From the NCBI GenBank assembly GCA_053919585.1, contig CM132787.1: a stretch of DNA of 64,000 nt, one strand, 5' to 3'. The first letter of the stretch is position 1; every line of letters starts with the position of its first letter. The notes beneath the pieces are model-generated. The model ran no database searches. It was given only the letters and a program-made list of their open reading frames with translations, and was not told where the DNA came from. This document shows, in pieces, positions 40,099-52,699 of this stretch. A program made the position numbers and the translations under genes. The stretch is from Euprymna scolopes. Its lineage: Eukaryota.

Positions 40099-40168
40099 GC
40101 GAGATGGTCGTGTGGTAGTAGTTTAGGCTTCTTACCATGGGTCCTGAGGTTCCGATTCCGAATCTCGC
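40099..40168 (+). mobile_element. tRNA-derived (SINE-like) head with Pol III A/B boxes
   Basis: Terminal 7-bp stem GCGAGAT/ATCTCGC, A-box TGGTCGTGTGG, and B-box GGTTC(C)GATTCC. The internal arms are imperfect. Confidence 0.7.
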
Positions 40169-40177
40169 TAGATTCAC

Positions 40178-40223
40178 CCACTCTGATGAGTCATAGCCGA
40201 GGAAACACGTGTCAGTGGATAAT
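40178..40223 (+). ncRNA. Type I hammerhead ribozyme (minimal, one core-adjacent mismatch)
   Basis: CCACT CTGATGA GTC-ATAGCC-GAG GAAA C-ACGT-GTC| AGTGG. Stem I is 5 bp, loop III is the palindrome ACGT, and the GUC site ends at 40213. The G10.1-C11.1 pair is G-G. Confidence 0.75.
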
Positions 40224-40239
40224 TATATTTAAAAACAAG

Positions 40240-40277
<38 letters not shown>

Positions 40278-40336
40278 TAGGTGAGGGATTATGTAAATTT
40301 TGCCATGATCATATTCTATATCCCCCTCTCTCTCTC

Positions 40337-40400
<64 letters not shown>

Positions 40401-41849
40401 TAGTAGTGCCGTGCGTGTGTTTGTTTGTGTTTACAACTCTCAATGATCAAAGAAATATGTAGGACATGTGTATGTACGTCTATCCCTGTCAAGAAATATC
40501 ACTGCCCATGATAGGATACTTTTGTCAAAGGAGACATTATATTTTATGCGTAATTTCTATATATAGCATTCTTCAAACCGCATCTACATTGATTTTGTTA
40601 CAGTCATTAGCATATCAGATTAAATTAAATCTATTTAAATAATTAGTTCGATGATATAACTTATTCGACATAATAGCTTCGTTTTAACTGCACTAATTAC
40701 AAAAAATAATTATTTAGGTTATTTAAATTTCAATTTATATTTGATTAAACTTATTTTATCTGAAATCTGAAACCGTTTAATTTTCAAACAAGAAAACCAA
40801 AGAGGAAATAACTGCGATAATTTGATTGAAAAATTGTTTTAAACGGAGCACATTATTAAATATTTTCTGTAACAGATTTGTTTTCATTTCGAAATATTCT
40901 TCTAAGCTGAATTATTATTATTTTAAATTCGGAGAAACATTTTTTCGCTTATTCTAAATTTTAAAGTGACATCTCTTGTTGTAGAAAAATAATTAAATTA
41001 ATGTCATCATTTACTGGCATCCCCAAGAGGGCAGAGTTAGTCAGACACAGTGCCAATTTTCCATGTGACCAAAGTCCATCATCCCATATATCATCTGCTC
41101 CTTTTTCTTGTTTATAAAATTTAATCAGTGTTGCCAAGGATTTATTATAATAATTATGCCATAGACAGTGTGTCTATTTGCCTGCGAAACGGATTTTCTT
41201 TATAATTTATTTAATATCTTAAATTAAAAATAGCCATTTTATATGAGGTAGCCCAGTGTCATTTAATCCCTAAAAAAATTAAAACCTGATTTTTTAGGCG
41301 TAATACGTTTAAACAGTTATAATAAATAATATAAAGAAGACATTTTGAAAAAAAAACATTTTAGCGTGGGGGATCACATTTCTATATAAATTAAACGTAA
41401 AATGAGCATTCGCTTTTTGGGCACAAAGCGTTCAACGAGACATATGATCTTTAGCATTTTTTCAAGTTTAGCAGTCGAGGGGAGCAAGTATGACAAATAC
41501 ATTTTTTTATTTTTTGGGGTCGGGTAATTACATTTGAAACATAGAATAACGATAAATTTAATTAATTTTTATGAGACCATTCTGTAATTTCACTTAACAA
41601 TTTTATAAACCGAACGAGCCCCAAAATAAGACAAATTCAAGTTTTTTTTCTGGCTGGGGGAAGGATTACATTAGAAATATAAAACGACGAAAATTTTCAT
41701 TCAATTGTTTTTGGAATTAATTTTTGGTAGATTGTTTTTTTTTTAATTTTTATTTTGCGATCGCATGGCCATTCGCTGCTATTTTTATTGAAACAAAAGT
41801 TGTAATGATTTATTTTTTATTATTTTTTTTTGGGGGGGGGGGTTCTTTC

Positions 41850-42010
41850 CAGTGAGCAATATCTGGAGAATAGTTTCTTCTCTTTGTAGCCCTTCTGCCG
41901 AAATATCTGGTGGAGAGTGTATCCCATTCTTTTTTGGGCGATTACATTTACATGTTTCCATTCGTTCTTTTCTTTTTGTTGTGAGGGTATCCACGTTCCC
42001 ATGATGAAAG
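41850..42010 (-). mobile_element. Possible I-group LINE C-terminal remnant
   Basis: HHGNVDTL...GLQREETILQILLTG resembles the RNase H end and the L.RREE..L..LRTG motif. Short and decayed. Confidence 0.3.
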
Positions 42011-42079
42011 TAATTAGTATACAGGTGTGTTTCAAACAGAACTTGATGTCAACCCAGGCAGCACTGGGCACCCATTCTA

Positions 42080-42152
<73 letters not shown>

Positions 42153-43079
42153 GACGAGGTGGAGTCGAACTTGCTACACTAAGTCCGTATAGACATTAAA
42201 TAAATCCACCGTTATCTCAATGATGTTGTATTATCAGGGCACATTTTGAAGCTACAGCATCGCTTTCTACAATATCAATTAAAAAAATTATAGGCATCAC
42301 GATTCGAGATAAAAGGGCGTAGAAGACACTGTAAAACCGTAATCTGGGGAAAATGTAGGAAAAGAAAATTGTCCAAACATACGTACACCACAAATTTCTG
42401 CCATTTGCCTCAAACGGTATCCCTTAAATGAGACAACTAATAAGGCAGATGAGTGTATTTTGCAAAGACACCATTTCGCTCGTTCCCTCTCTATCGTTGT
42501 CTCCCTCTCTTTTGGCCTCTCTCTTTCTCGGTCTTTCCTTTGCTTCCTCTATTTCCACACACACACACACACACACGTATCTGTGTGTGTACGATTTTGA
42601 TTACGTAAGTAAATAAGCTTCACGAAATTAAAACTCTGGAATATTGAACTGTGTGATACATTTAATTCATTTATCTCTATCCTAACAGACTTTTAAAATG
42701 TTTAAACATCGATTATTTGTAATAGACTACTAAACATAGCCACGAAACCGACTTAAAAAACATTTTAATAGCTGCATTATTAACATCAAACAGCGGTCCG
42801 TAGTTTTACAATGTGTAAATATCCGTAAATTATTTTGTTATATAAGTAGCTATTTTTAAACAATAGTTGGCATTACATTTAATAATCGATATACAATTTT
42901 TTATCATAAAAAAACACTTAAAAAACGTAAGTTGCGGTATTTTAAAAATAACAGACATTTCAATTTCTGTTAATATATAAGATTGCATACACGTATAACA
43001 CACTAAAAACCTGTTTAGGTGTTTGATATTTTAATTTAGAATACTGAGTAGACTGTCCTAAATCAGTGAATGCTTTGTG

Positions 43080-43119
<40 letters not shown>

Positions 43120-43854
43120 AGATCTCATGCGTGTAATAATTTACGTAGATATCTTATAGCGTCTAAAACAGTTTTTCATATATTTAATTCTATTTAGAAA
43201 TTATCACATCGGTATTAGTCAACGAAATACTCATGTCTGTATTCGTAAAATATGTAAAATAGAAATATGAAACAATGATTTTAGAAAAATTTTTTTTGCT
43301 TTAAGCAAGTTTTTAAATAATATGAAACATTTTAAAATACAATTAGTACATTGTGTTACCACGAACGGTGTATTTTTTAACAGACGAGTGTGATTACTAA
43401 AGATGACGTATAATAATTCTTGGTGACGTCGTTAAATTTTACAATGATATCGGTAACGCTTGAAACCCGAGTTGAAATTTGAGACGGTTAGACCTATGAA
43501 AAACCAGGTTAGCAGTAGCCTGCGTCCTACATTCTGTATGACCTTGATAGAAAAACAGTTTCTTCTCGACACACCCTCCATTCTCACGGTATGAAAGGAA
43601 AGAATGTAACGGTTTACTTAAATTCTGATAATATACTTGAATCTAGGCGGTGATTGTCGCTACGTTCACAAACTCTAATATTGAATGACATAACATAGAT
43701 TCAGGAACCAAACATTGGAACTATTTTTTCTGTGCACAATAGATTGATTAAACATTCCTCATAAATCTACCTGATATGGTAATATTGGCAAAGCATTGAA
43801 AAATATTGAAAATTTTATTTGTAACCATTGTAGAAAAAATAAACACATATCTAA

Positions 43855-44700
43855 ATAAATGGCAGACACAATAGAGGATGACCTCCGATTTAGAGTGGAA
43901 TGGGCACAAAAATGGATGGTCGCATTCAATGCTGCCAAGACTAAACTTGTTTCCTTCAATGATCACAAGAAATCCCCTCTTCCACCAATAGCAATGGTCA
44001 AAGACTCTTTATCTGACCGTACATCATTTAAACTCCTCGTTCACAGGAAATCTGAGTTGGAACAATTACATTGAGAGTATTGCCAGGAACGCTGCGAAGA
44101 CGGTAGGTTCTCTCTACCGTGCTAGAAAGCTACTAACGCCCGAAAGTGTCCTGTACTTCTATAAGGCCACCATTCACCCATGTATGGAGCACTGTTGTCA
44201 CATTTGGGCTGGTGCATCTGCTACTAGTCTCTCGCTCCGAGACAAGTTTCAAAAGAGAGTCGCCAACCAGATAGGTTCTGAACTCTCATCTAAACTTCAG
44301 CCTCTGCCCCATCGACGAAATGTTGCCTCCCTCTGCCTGTTCTACAAGTACTTTAACGGTAAATGCTCTGACGACCTGCAAACACCTGTGCCCACTCGAC
44401 GTAAATACCCCCGACAAACCCGACAGGAAGCTAAATCCCACCCTTCACAGTAGAGATCCCTAATGTAAGAGAGATTTCTACTGCCGTAGTTTCTTCCACA
44501 GAACCGCTAGGCTTTGGAATTCTGTTCCGGGTCCCTGCTTCCCCAACTGTAATAACATCTGGAAGTTCAAGTGTAACGTAAATCGATACATTGCTGCCCA
44601 ACTCCCTACATAATACCACTGTAGCTTATGTCCCTTATAGTAGCCCCCTACATCAAAGTGGCAACATGGCTTGTTTAGGGCGAAAATGTAATTACAAAAT
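43855..44700 (+). mobile_element. 5'-truncated CR1/L2-group LINE (RT C-terminus and 3' UTR), frameshifted
   Basis: DDLRFRVEWAQKWMVAFNAAKTK, LSWNNYIESIARNAAKTVGSLYR, YKATIHPCMEHCCHIWAG, QPLPHRRNVASLCLFYKYFNG and SFFHRTARLWNS. Confidence 0.92.
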
Positions 44701-45053
44701 ATCTCATCTGTAATGTAGTGATAGGTAAAATGTCTAGTAATTATAAATATTTATTAAATGTTATCAAATGAATAAAATCAAATCAGTGTGGAATTTTATC
44801 CAACTAAGAAAAACAATAATACGAACATATTCTAACTATCCATTATAATATCCTATGAATAAAATACATATACTAGTATTCGTGTTTAGCAGGCGCTGTT
44901 ATTGCCAGAAATCTAATTTTGCGAAAATAATAACTTATATTTGAAATATAAATTGGTTAATCAAGCGGAAGCGATAAATTCAGAGAAAAGATTCACATAT
45001 TTAAATGGACAAAAATAAAACATACAATTATAGCTCATACACAGTGATATAAG

Positions 45054-45107
<54 letters not shown>

Positions 45108-45149
45108 CTGTGAGTTACTTATAGCTGTATGTTTACTCAGAGACGATCC

Positions 45150-45335
45150 AGAATTGTCACATATTGAAAAAAGATGGGCATAAAGTCAGGTTCTCACCCT
45201 CCTTATATTGCAGATCTTGCTCAATGTGACTATTGGTAATCACCTGAACTCAAAGAAAACGTTAGAATCTGTCGTTATAAGACTAATGAAGAGATGAAAG
45301 AGGTGGTGACGAGGCTCATTGACACGCTCACACTC
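45150..45335 (+). mobile_element. Mariner transposase C-terminal remnant
   Basis: HPPYIADLAQCDYW*SPELKENVR..YKTNEEMKEVV matches the mariner HPPYSPDLAPxDF motif. Confidence 0.75.
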
Positions 45336-46135
45336 TCATCTCGCATATGCATTCATATATATATAATCTAATTATTAGATTTTCCACATTTAATCCGAAT
45401 TTCACGATATTATATTCGCGTGTACATATATTCTTAGACAGAATACCTTTTTTTCTCTTTTTCAAGTTATTATTTCATACGGATGTAAATTGGTGCTAGT
45501 GGGATACATATGCATATGTATTTGGATTCCATTAAACGTACTTCCTTATTTTGTTTAAGTCGCCAACTTCTACTTTTGTTGTGTTTTCTGAGATTCATAA
45601 TTTTTGACAGAAAATTAGGGGTAGTAACTAGGCGTTCATTATTTTACTATTTATTTTGTTATCGGTGCATCTTTGAATTCTATTAAACATAAAGATTTTA
45701 TGATTTCCACTGGGAGAGGGCCTACCAATATCTTATCATGGATGGAGTGCAATGTATATTGCAATTAGCTTTCTTGATTTGTCGTTCCTTCTCCGACTAT
45801 CTCTTTTAGTTTCGATTTGTTTAATAACATATTCTTCTTTATGTGTTCAATTTATGATTCAGCATCAGATTTCTAGTCGCATTCGCAGTTTGGTATTTGT
45901 ACGTCTAATACAGTTTTCTTGTTTCATATTTGTATTTATCTTTGCTGTTTTAATTATAGAATATTATTTAGCTACTTACGTGTCTTCGTTCATCTGCAAC
46001 CTGTTTCACAGCGTGATTTTTAATAGTGATGTGTTTAAGAATTTTACTTAATTCAGGAAAACATTTCTCATTTGATTGCTGGTTTAATATACAATTATCT
46101 GTTAATTTGTCGCTGTGCTACTTTTAGTCATATTA

Positions 46136-47140
46136 TTATGGCAGGTTTCCCGCGTTGCCCGGCCGTAAAATCTCCAATAAATACTATATTTGAATTCTTA
46201 TTGATTATAACCAGAAATGTCCTAGGTATTAAACGTAACGTTAGTGTCTTTTTAAAATGACGGGGGAAAATTTGAGACAAGCGCATGCTATATTTTTAAA
46301 ACAATTCACTTGTAAGTAAAATAAATTCTCGGTCTGAAATCGAAACCACAACCTAAAGACAGTGAGTCAAGTGCAATAATAATCACGCCATCTTGACGCG
46401 ATGTTTAAAAAGGGTTTTCAAACCAATATATTAACATAGGTAATCTGTCACGTCAACGATTCACGCATGCGCTTTCGTAAAACAGGTGACGGACATAAAA
46501 GTCAATTTTTCCCGCTGAGAGCCTATTTTTTTTTTGATAAAATTAATTTTAAAATAATTCAGCACGACTGGCTAACCTATATACTTAATTTAAGGTCTGT
46601 TGATAAAAACATCCGCTGAGTATATATGTTGAGAAATGTCCTCACACAAACACTCCCGCTTTCATAGAAACACTACCAAGCAACCCCGCATTGCCCGCTG
46701 TAAAATTTGCGCGAATATTATATAAAAAACAAGGTAATGTGCATGCGAATAGTTCACATCTTGTAAATAAAGAAAAATACAGTAGCTGCGATCAAAATCA
46801 AACTTAAAAATACTGAGTCAAGTACGATAACGATTAGGGTAGATGGACATGATATTTAAAAGGTGTTTTCCAATCTACTTATTAATAGAAAGAATCTATC
46901 ACAAGAACGATTTACGCATACGCATTCGTGAAACAGTTTGAAAACCGATAAAAATCTGATGACTCCCACGTACAATTTTGTGTCTACTGTTGACCCTTTT
47001 TTCCGAGTGAACCCGGACTAAAAGTTTTCCACCATTCTGAATCGCCTACACACCACATTTCAAGTCCGTAGATAAAAAATTCAATATGTTTAGAAGTGTG
47101 CTCCCTCACACATTCTGACTTTACTAGATATATAGATAGA
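46136..47140 (-). mobile_element. Two diverged head-to-tail copies of non-autonomous Helitron family C (46136-46670 and 46672-47140)
   Basis: Each begins on + with CCCGC(G/A)TTGCCCG..GTAAAAT (the reverse of a 3' hairpin) and shares TGAGTCAAGT and ACGATT.ACGCAT.CGC.TTCGT.AAACAG. The second copy ends in a minus-strand TCTATCTATATAT start. Confidence 0.65.
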
Positions 47141-47759
47141 TTATATAACAATTGAGAATTGTTAAACAAGTAATTATCACTAGTTTCTTATTAGAAACTA
47201 TTATGCGTTGGTTGTAGATCCGGTTACAAGTTTACTTCGATAGTTTTTAAACTGCGCAAATGTTTGTTTTTTTTATTCAAAATAATATAATGTTCCGGCG
47301 TTCATGAATATTTTTTGATAAAAACTGGTCAATTTCTCTGTAAATTAAGCGTGTGATTCTCAGCTCTAGTTGACATTTGTAAGCCACGTCCAAATTATAT
47401 TCTGTTGATGCACCCATTCATAGGGGCACACTATATGTTAAATCAGAAAAAAGAATGATAACTAAGGGGTTAATTTTTAGATGTGATAGTAACAGATATT
47501 ATTTCCCACATTTCTGTTATACATAATTCCAAAGATTTTTCTGACTAGTTTTGCTTTCATTTAGCCGGAAGCACCAACTATGTACGCACCTTTTCAACGA
47601 AACGCCGAAAGGAAGATGTCTTTCTTTTCGGCTTATCCGAATCACACGCATCTGTTGTTGGCTTTCCGCGAAAATCGATACACTATAAAACCCTCATCAA
47701 CTTGTGCACTTTTACATTTTAAAGTAACACATATACACATTCATATTGTTTTGGTAGAT

Positions 47760-48440
47760 TTTATCAGTGCTCATCCTTTTTTTTCCATTATTCCTGTTTC
47801 ATTATCTTATTTTATTATATCTATCTCACACTTCTGTCAAATCTCTCGCTTTAAATTTCCTCTACTTTCCTCGTTTAATTTTTCCTTTGCCTGCTTATGT
47901 TTGTTACATTTTCCTATTTTTTTATTCTCCCCGATCTCTTCTCTCAATACATTGTTTGGATTAATCCTTTCTCTCTCCATCTGCATAACTTACCACTGTC
48001 TTCCCACTTTTTTCTTCCCCCATTTTTCGATTCAACTTCTCTTTTCCAACACTATTTCATTGGTTTACCCTCCTTTCAGTCCCTCGCATTGTCTCTTCGA
48101 TTCACACTCGCTTCCCACTGTATATTTCTTTGATGCACTCCCCCTCTCTCTTTCTATATCTTCGGTTCAAGGTCCCTTCTTTTCTCGCTATATCTCCTCG
48201 ATTCAGCCTCTCAGTCAAACTTTCATTTCGAGTTACCTTCCATTTCTCATTCTGTTCCTCTTCAATTCATCCCATGTTCTCTTTTCTGTCTCTCTTCAAT
48301 TCACCCTCTATTCGATTCAGCCTTCCTTCTTCATTTCTTCCTTCGATTCTACCATCTTTCTCTATCTCTCTCAAATTTTACCTTTGCTCTTTTAGTCAAT
48401 TGAACGGTCCTTCATTTCATTTTTTTTTAATTTTTTCTAC
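47760..48440. repeat. Degenerate C/T-rich low-complexity lead-in to the 28/29-bp array
   Basis: Strong pyrimidine bias with recurring TTCGATTCA-like words. This explains the F/S/L-rich 271-aa ORF. Confidence 0.6.
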
Positions 48441-51400
48441 ATGCTCTTTCTCCCTTAAATTATTTTTACACACCTGCCCCTCGTTTCAATTTATCTACAC
48501 GCTGTCTTCTCGCTTACATTTCTTTACACGCCCCTGTCGCTTGACTTTCTTTACAGGCTTTTCATCGCTTGAGTTTCTCTACACGTTCTCCTCCTGCTTG
48601 AATTTCTCTACACGCTCTCCACTAGCTTGAATTTCTCTACACACTCTTCCCTTGCCTTAATTTCTCTACATGCTCTTCCCTCGCCTTAATTTCTCTACAC
48701 GCTCTTCCGTCGCCTTAATTTCTCTACACGCTCTTCCCTCGCCTTAATTTCTTTACACGCTCTTCCGTCGCCTTAATTTCTCTACACGCTCTTCCCTCGC
48801 CTTAATTTCTCTACACGCTCTTCCGTCGCCTTAATTTCTCTACACGCTCTTCCGTCGCCTTAATTTCTCTACACGCTCTTCCGTCGCCTTAATTTCTCTA
48901 CACGCTCTTCCGTCGCCTTAATTTCTCTACACGCTCTTCCGTCGCCTTAATTTCTCTACACGCTCTTCTGTCGCCTTAATTTCTCTACACGCTCTTCCGT
49001 CGCCTTAATTTCTCTACACGCTCTTCCGTCGCCTTAATTTCTCTACACGCTCTTCCGTCGCCTTAATTTCTCTACACGCTCTTCCGTCGCCTTAATTTCT
49101 CTACACGCTCTTCCCTCGCCTTAATTTCTCTACGCGCTCTTCCATCGCTTGAATTTCTCTACAGCCTCATCCTCGCTTGAATTCTCTACAGCCTTATCCT
49201 CGCTTGAATTTCTCTACACCCTCTCCCTCGCTTGAATTTCACTTCACCCTTTCCCTCGCTTGAATTTCTCTACACCCTCTCCCTAGCTTGAATTTCTCTA
49301 GACGCTCTTTCCTGCTTGAATAAGTCTACACACTCTTAATCGCTTGAATTTCTCTACACGCTCTTCTTTGCTGTAATGTCTCTCCAAGCTCTTCATCGCT
49401 CGAATTTCTCTACACGGACTTCTTCACTTGCATTTATCTACACGCTCTTCCCCGCTTGAATTTATAAACACGCCCTTAATCGCTTGAATTTATCTATGCG
49501 CGCTACTTCACTTGAATTTATCTATGCTCTCTTCTTCGCTTGAATTTATCTACACGCTCTTCTTCGCTTGAATTTATCTACACGCTCTTCTTCGCTTGAA
49601 ATTATCTACACGCTCTAAATCGCTTGTATTTATCTACGTGCTCTTCTTCGCTTGAATTTATCAACACGCTCTTCTTTCCTTGCAGTTATCTACACGCTCT
49701 TCTTCGCTTGAATTTATCTACACGCTGTTCTTCGCTTGAATTTATCTACAAGCTCTTATTCGCTTAAATTTCTCTACACACTCTTCCCAGCTTGAATTCC
49801 TCTGCACACTCTTCCCTGCTTGAATTTCTCTACACGCAGTTCCTCGGTTGAATTTCTCTACACACTCTTCCATCCTTTAATTTCTCTACACGCTGTTCCC
49901 AGCTTGAATTTCTATACACGCAGTTCCTCGCTTGAATTTCTCTACACGCTGTTCCCAGCTTGAATTTCTATACACGCAGTTCCTCGCTTGAATTTTCTAC
50001 ACGCTCTTCCTCGCTTAAATTCCTCTACACACTCTTCATCACTTGAATTTCTCTACACGCTCTTCCTCGCTTGAATTTCTCTACACGCTGTTCCCAGCTT
50101 GAATTTCTCTACACGCTGTTCCCAGCTTGAATTTCTATACACGCAGTTCCTCGCTTGAATTTTCTACACGCTCTTCCTCGCTTAAATTCCTCTACACACT
50201 CTTCATCACTTGAATTTCTCTACACGCTCTTCCTCGCTTTAATTTCTCTACACGCTCTTCCCCGCTTGAATTTCTCTACACACTCTTCATTGCTTGAATT
50301 TCTCTACACGCTCTTCATTGCTTGAATTTCTCTACACGCTCTTCATTGCTTGAATTTCTCTACACGCTCTTCATTGCTTGAATTTCTCTACACGCTCTTC
50401 ATTGCTTGAATTTCTCTACACGCTCTTCATTGCTTGAATTTCTCTACACGCTCTTCATTGCTTGAATTTCTCTACACGCTCTTCATTGCTTGAATTTCTC
50501 TACACGCTCTTCCCCGCTTAAATTTCTCTACACGCTCTTCATTGATTGAATTTCTCTACACGCTCTTCATTGCTTGAATTTCTCTACACGCTCTTCATTG
50601 CTTTAATTTCTCTACACGCTCTTCCCCGCTTAAATTTCTCTACACGCTCTTCATTGATTGAATTTCTCTACACGCTCTTCATTGCTTGAATTTCTCTACA
50701 CGCTTTTTCTCACTTGAATTTCTCTACACGCTCTTCATTGCTTGAATTTCTCTACACGCTCTTCATTGCTTGAATTTCTCTACACGCTCTTCATTGCTTG
50801 AATTTCTCTACACGCTCTTCATTGCTTGAATTTCTCTACACGCTCTTCATTGCTTGAATTTCTCTACACGCTCTTCATTGCTTGAATTTCTCTACACGCT
50901 CTTCATTGCTTGAATTTCTCTACACGCTCTTCATTGCTTGAATTTCTCTACACGCTCTTCATTGCTTGAATTTCTCTACACGCTCTTCATTGCTTGAATT
51001 TCTCTACACGCTCTTCATTGCTTGAATTTCTCTACACGCTCTTAATTGCTTGAATTTCTCTACACGCTCTTCATTGCTTGAATTTCTCTACACGCTCTTC
51101 ATTGCTTGAATTTCTCTACACGCTCTTCATTGCTTGAATTTCTCTACACGCTCTTCATTGTTTGAATTTCTCTACACGCTCTTTCTCATTTGAATTTCTC
51201 TACACGCTCTTTCTCATTTGAATTTCTCTACACGCTCTTTCTCACTTGAATTTCTCTACACGCTCTTTCTCACTTGAATTTCTCTACACGCTCTTCATTG
51301 CTTGAATTTCTCTACACGCTCTTCATTGCTTGAATTTCTCTACACGCTCTTCATTGCTTGAATTTCTCTACACGCTCTTCATTGCTTGAATTTCTCTACA

Positions 51401-52310
51401 CGCTCTTCATTGCTTAAATTTCTCTACACGCTCTTCCCCGCTTGAATTTCTCTACACGCTCTTCATTGCTTGAATTTCTCTACACGCTCTTCATTGCTTG
51501 AATTTCTCTACACGCTCTTCATTGCTTGAATTTCTCTACACGCTCTTCATTGCTTTAATTTCTCTACACGCTCTTCATTGCTTGAATTTCTCTACACGCT
51601 CTTCATTGCTTGAATTTCTCTACACGCTCTTCATTGCTTGAATTTCTCTACACGCTCTTCATTGCTTGAATTTCTCTACACGCTCTTCATTGCTTGAATT
51701 TCTCTACACGCTCTTCATTGCTTGAATTTCTCTACACGCTCTTCATTGCTTGAATTTCTCTACACGCTCTTCATTGCTTGAATTTCTCTACACGCTCTTC
51801 ATTGCTTGAATTTCTCTACACGCTTTTTCTTGCTTGAATTTCTCTACACGCTCTTCATTGCTTGAATTTCTCTACACGCTCTTCACCGCTTGAATTTCTC
51901 TACACGCTCTTTCTCACTTGAATTTCTCTACAAGCTCTCGTCGCTTGAATGTCTCTACATGCTCTTCCTCGATTGAATGTATCTACTTGCTCTTCATTGC
52001 TTGAATTTCTCTACACGCTCTTCATTGCTTGAATTTCTCTACACGCTCTTCATTGCTTGAATTTCTCTACACGCTCTTCATTGCTTGAATTTCTCTACAC
52101 GCTCTTCATTGCTTGAATTTCTCTACACGCTCTTCACCGCTTGAATTTCTCTACACGCTCTTTCTCACTTGAATTTCTCTACAAGCTCTCGTCGCTTGAA
52201 TGTCTCTACATGCTCTTCCTCGATTGAATGTATCTACTTGCTCTTCATTGCTTGAATTTCTCTACACTCTCTTCTTCGCTGGAATTTCTCTATAGGCTAT
52301 TCCCTCACTT
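48440..52310. repeat. 28/29-bp minisatellite array (29-mer CCTTAATTTCTCTACACGCTCTTCCGTCG; 28-mer CTTGAATTTCTCTACACGCTCTTCATTG)
   Basis: Measured period is 29 at ~48650-49130 and 28 at ~49530-52270. There is a 251-nt higher-order duplication (CTTCACCGC at 51881 and 52132). Confidence 0.97.
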
Positions 52311-52699
52311 TAATTGTATTTAATACTCTTCTTGAGCTTTGTTACCTTCAATCCTCGATATAACATATGTCCTATTTCTACTTTGTTTATTCCTCTCTTT
52401 GACTTCTTTCCTCGCTGAAACCCTCTTATCATATATCTCCTTGACTGACCCCTCCCACTACTCACCCTTCTCGAGTTAACACTTCTTAATCTCTTATTGG
52501 GCAGTCCTACTTAATTACGACCCAATTGATCGTTCTTATATCTTTTCTCGATTGGATACTCATATTCTCGTTTCCGATTAATCCCTTATATCACTCAAGG
52601 ATAGGACTTTCCCCCTATCTCTCTCCCTTTGATCACACCTAACTTGTATTTCATCTTCTCAATCAGAATTTTAACTATTTCTCTCTTCAACTAAACCTC

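Noticed and set aside
40099-40168. Functional tRNA gene (likewise 62683-62751)
   Set aside because: The D, anticodon and T arms are imperfect and the T loops have the wrong length, so these are treated as tRNA-derived modules.
48440-52310. CRISPR-like appearance of the 28/29-bp array
   Set aside because: Units are contiguous with only ~5 variable nt. There are no unique spacers and no cas genes, and the context is eukaryotic.
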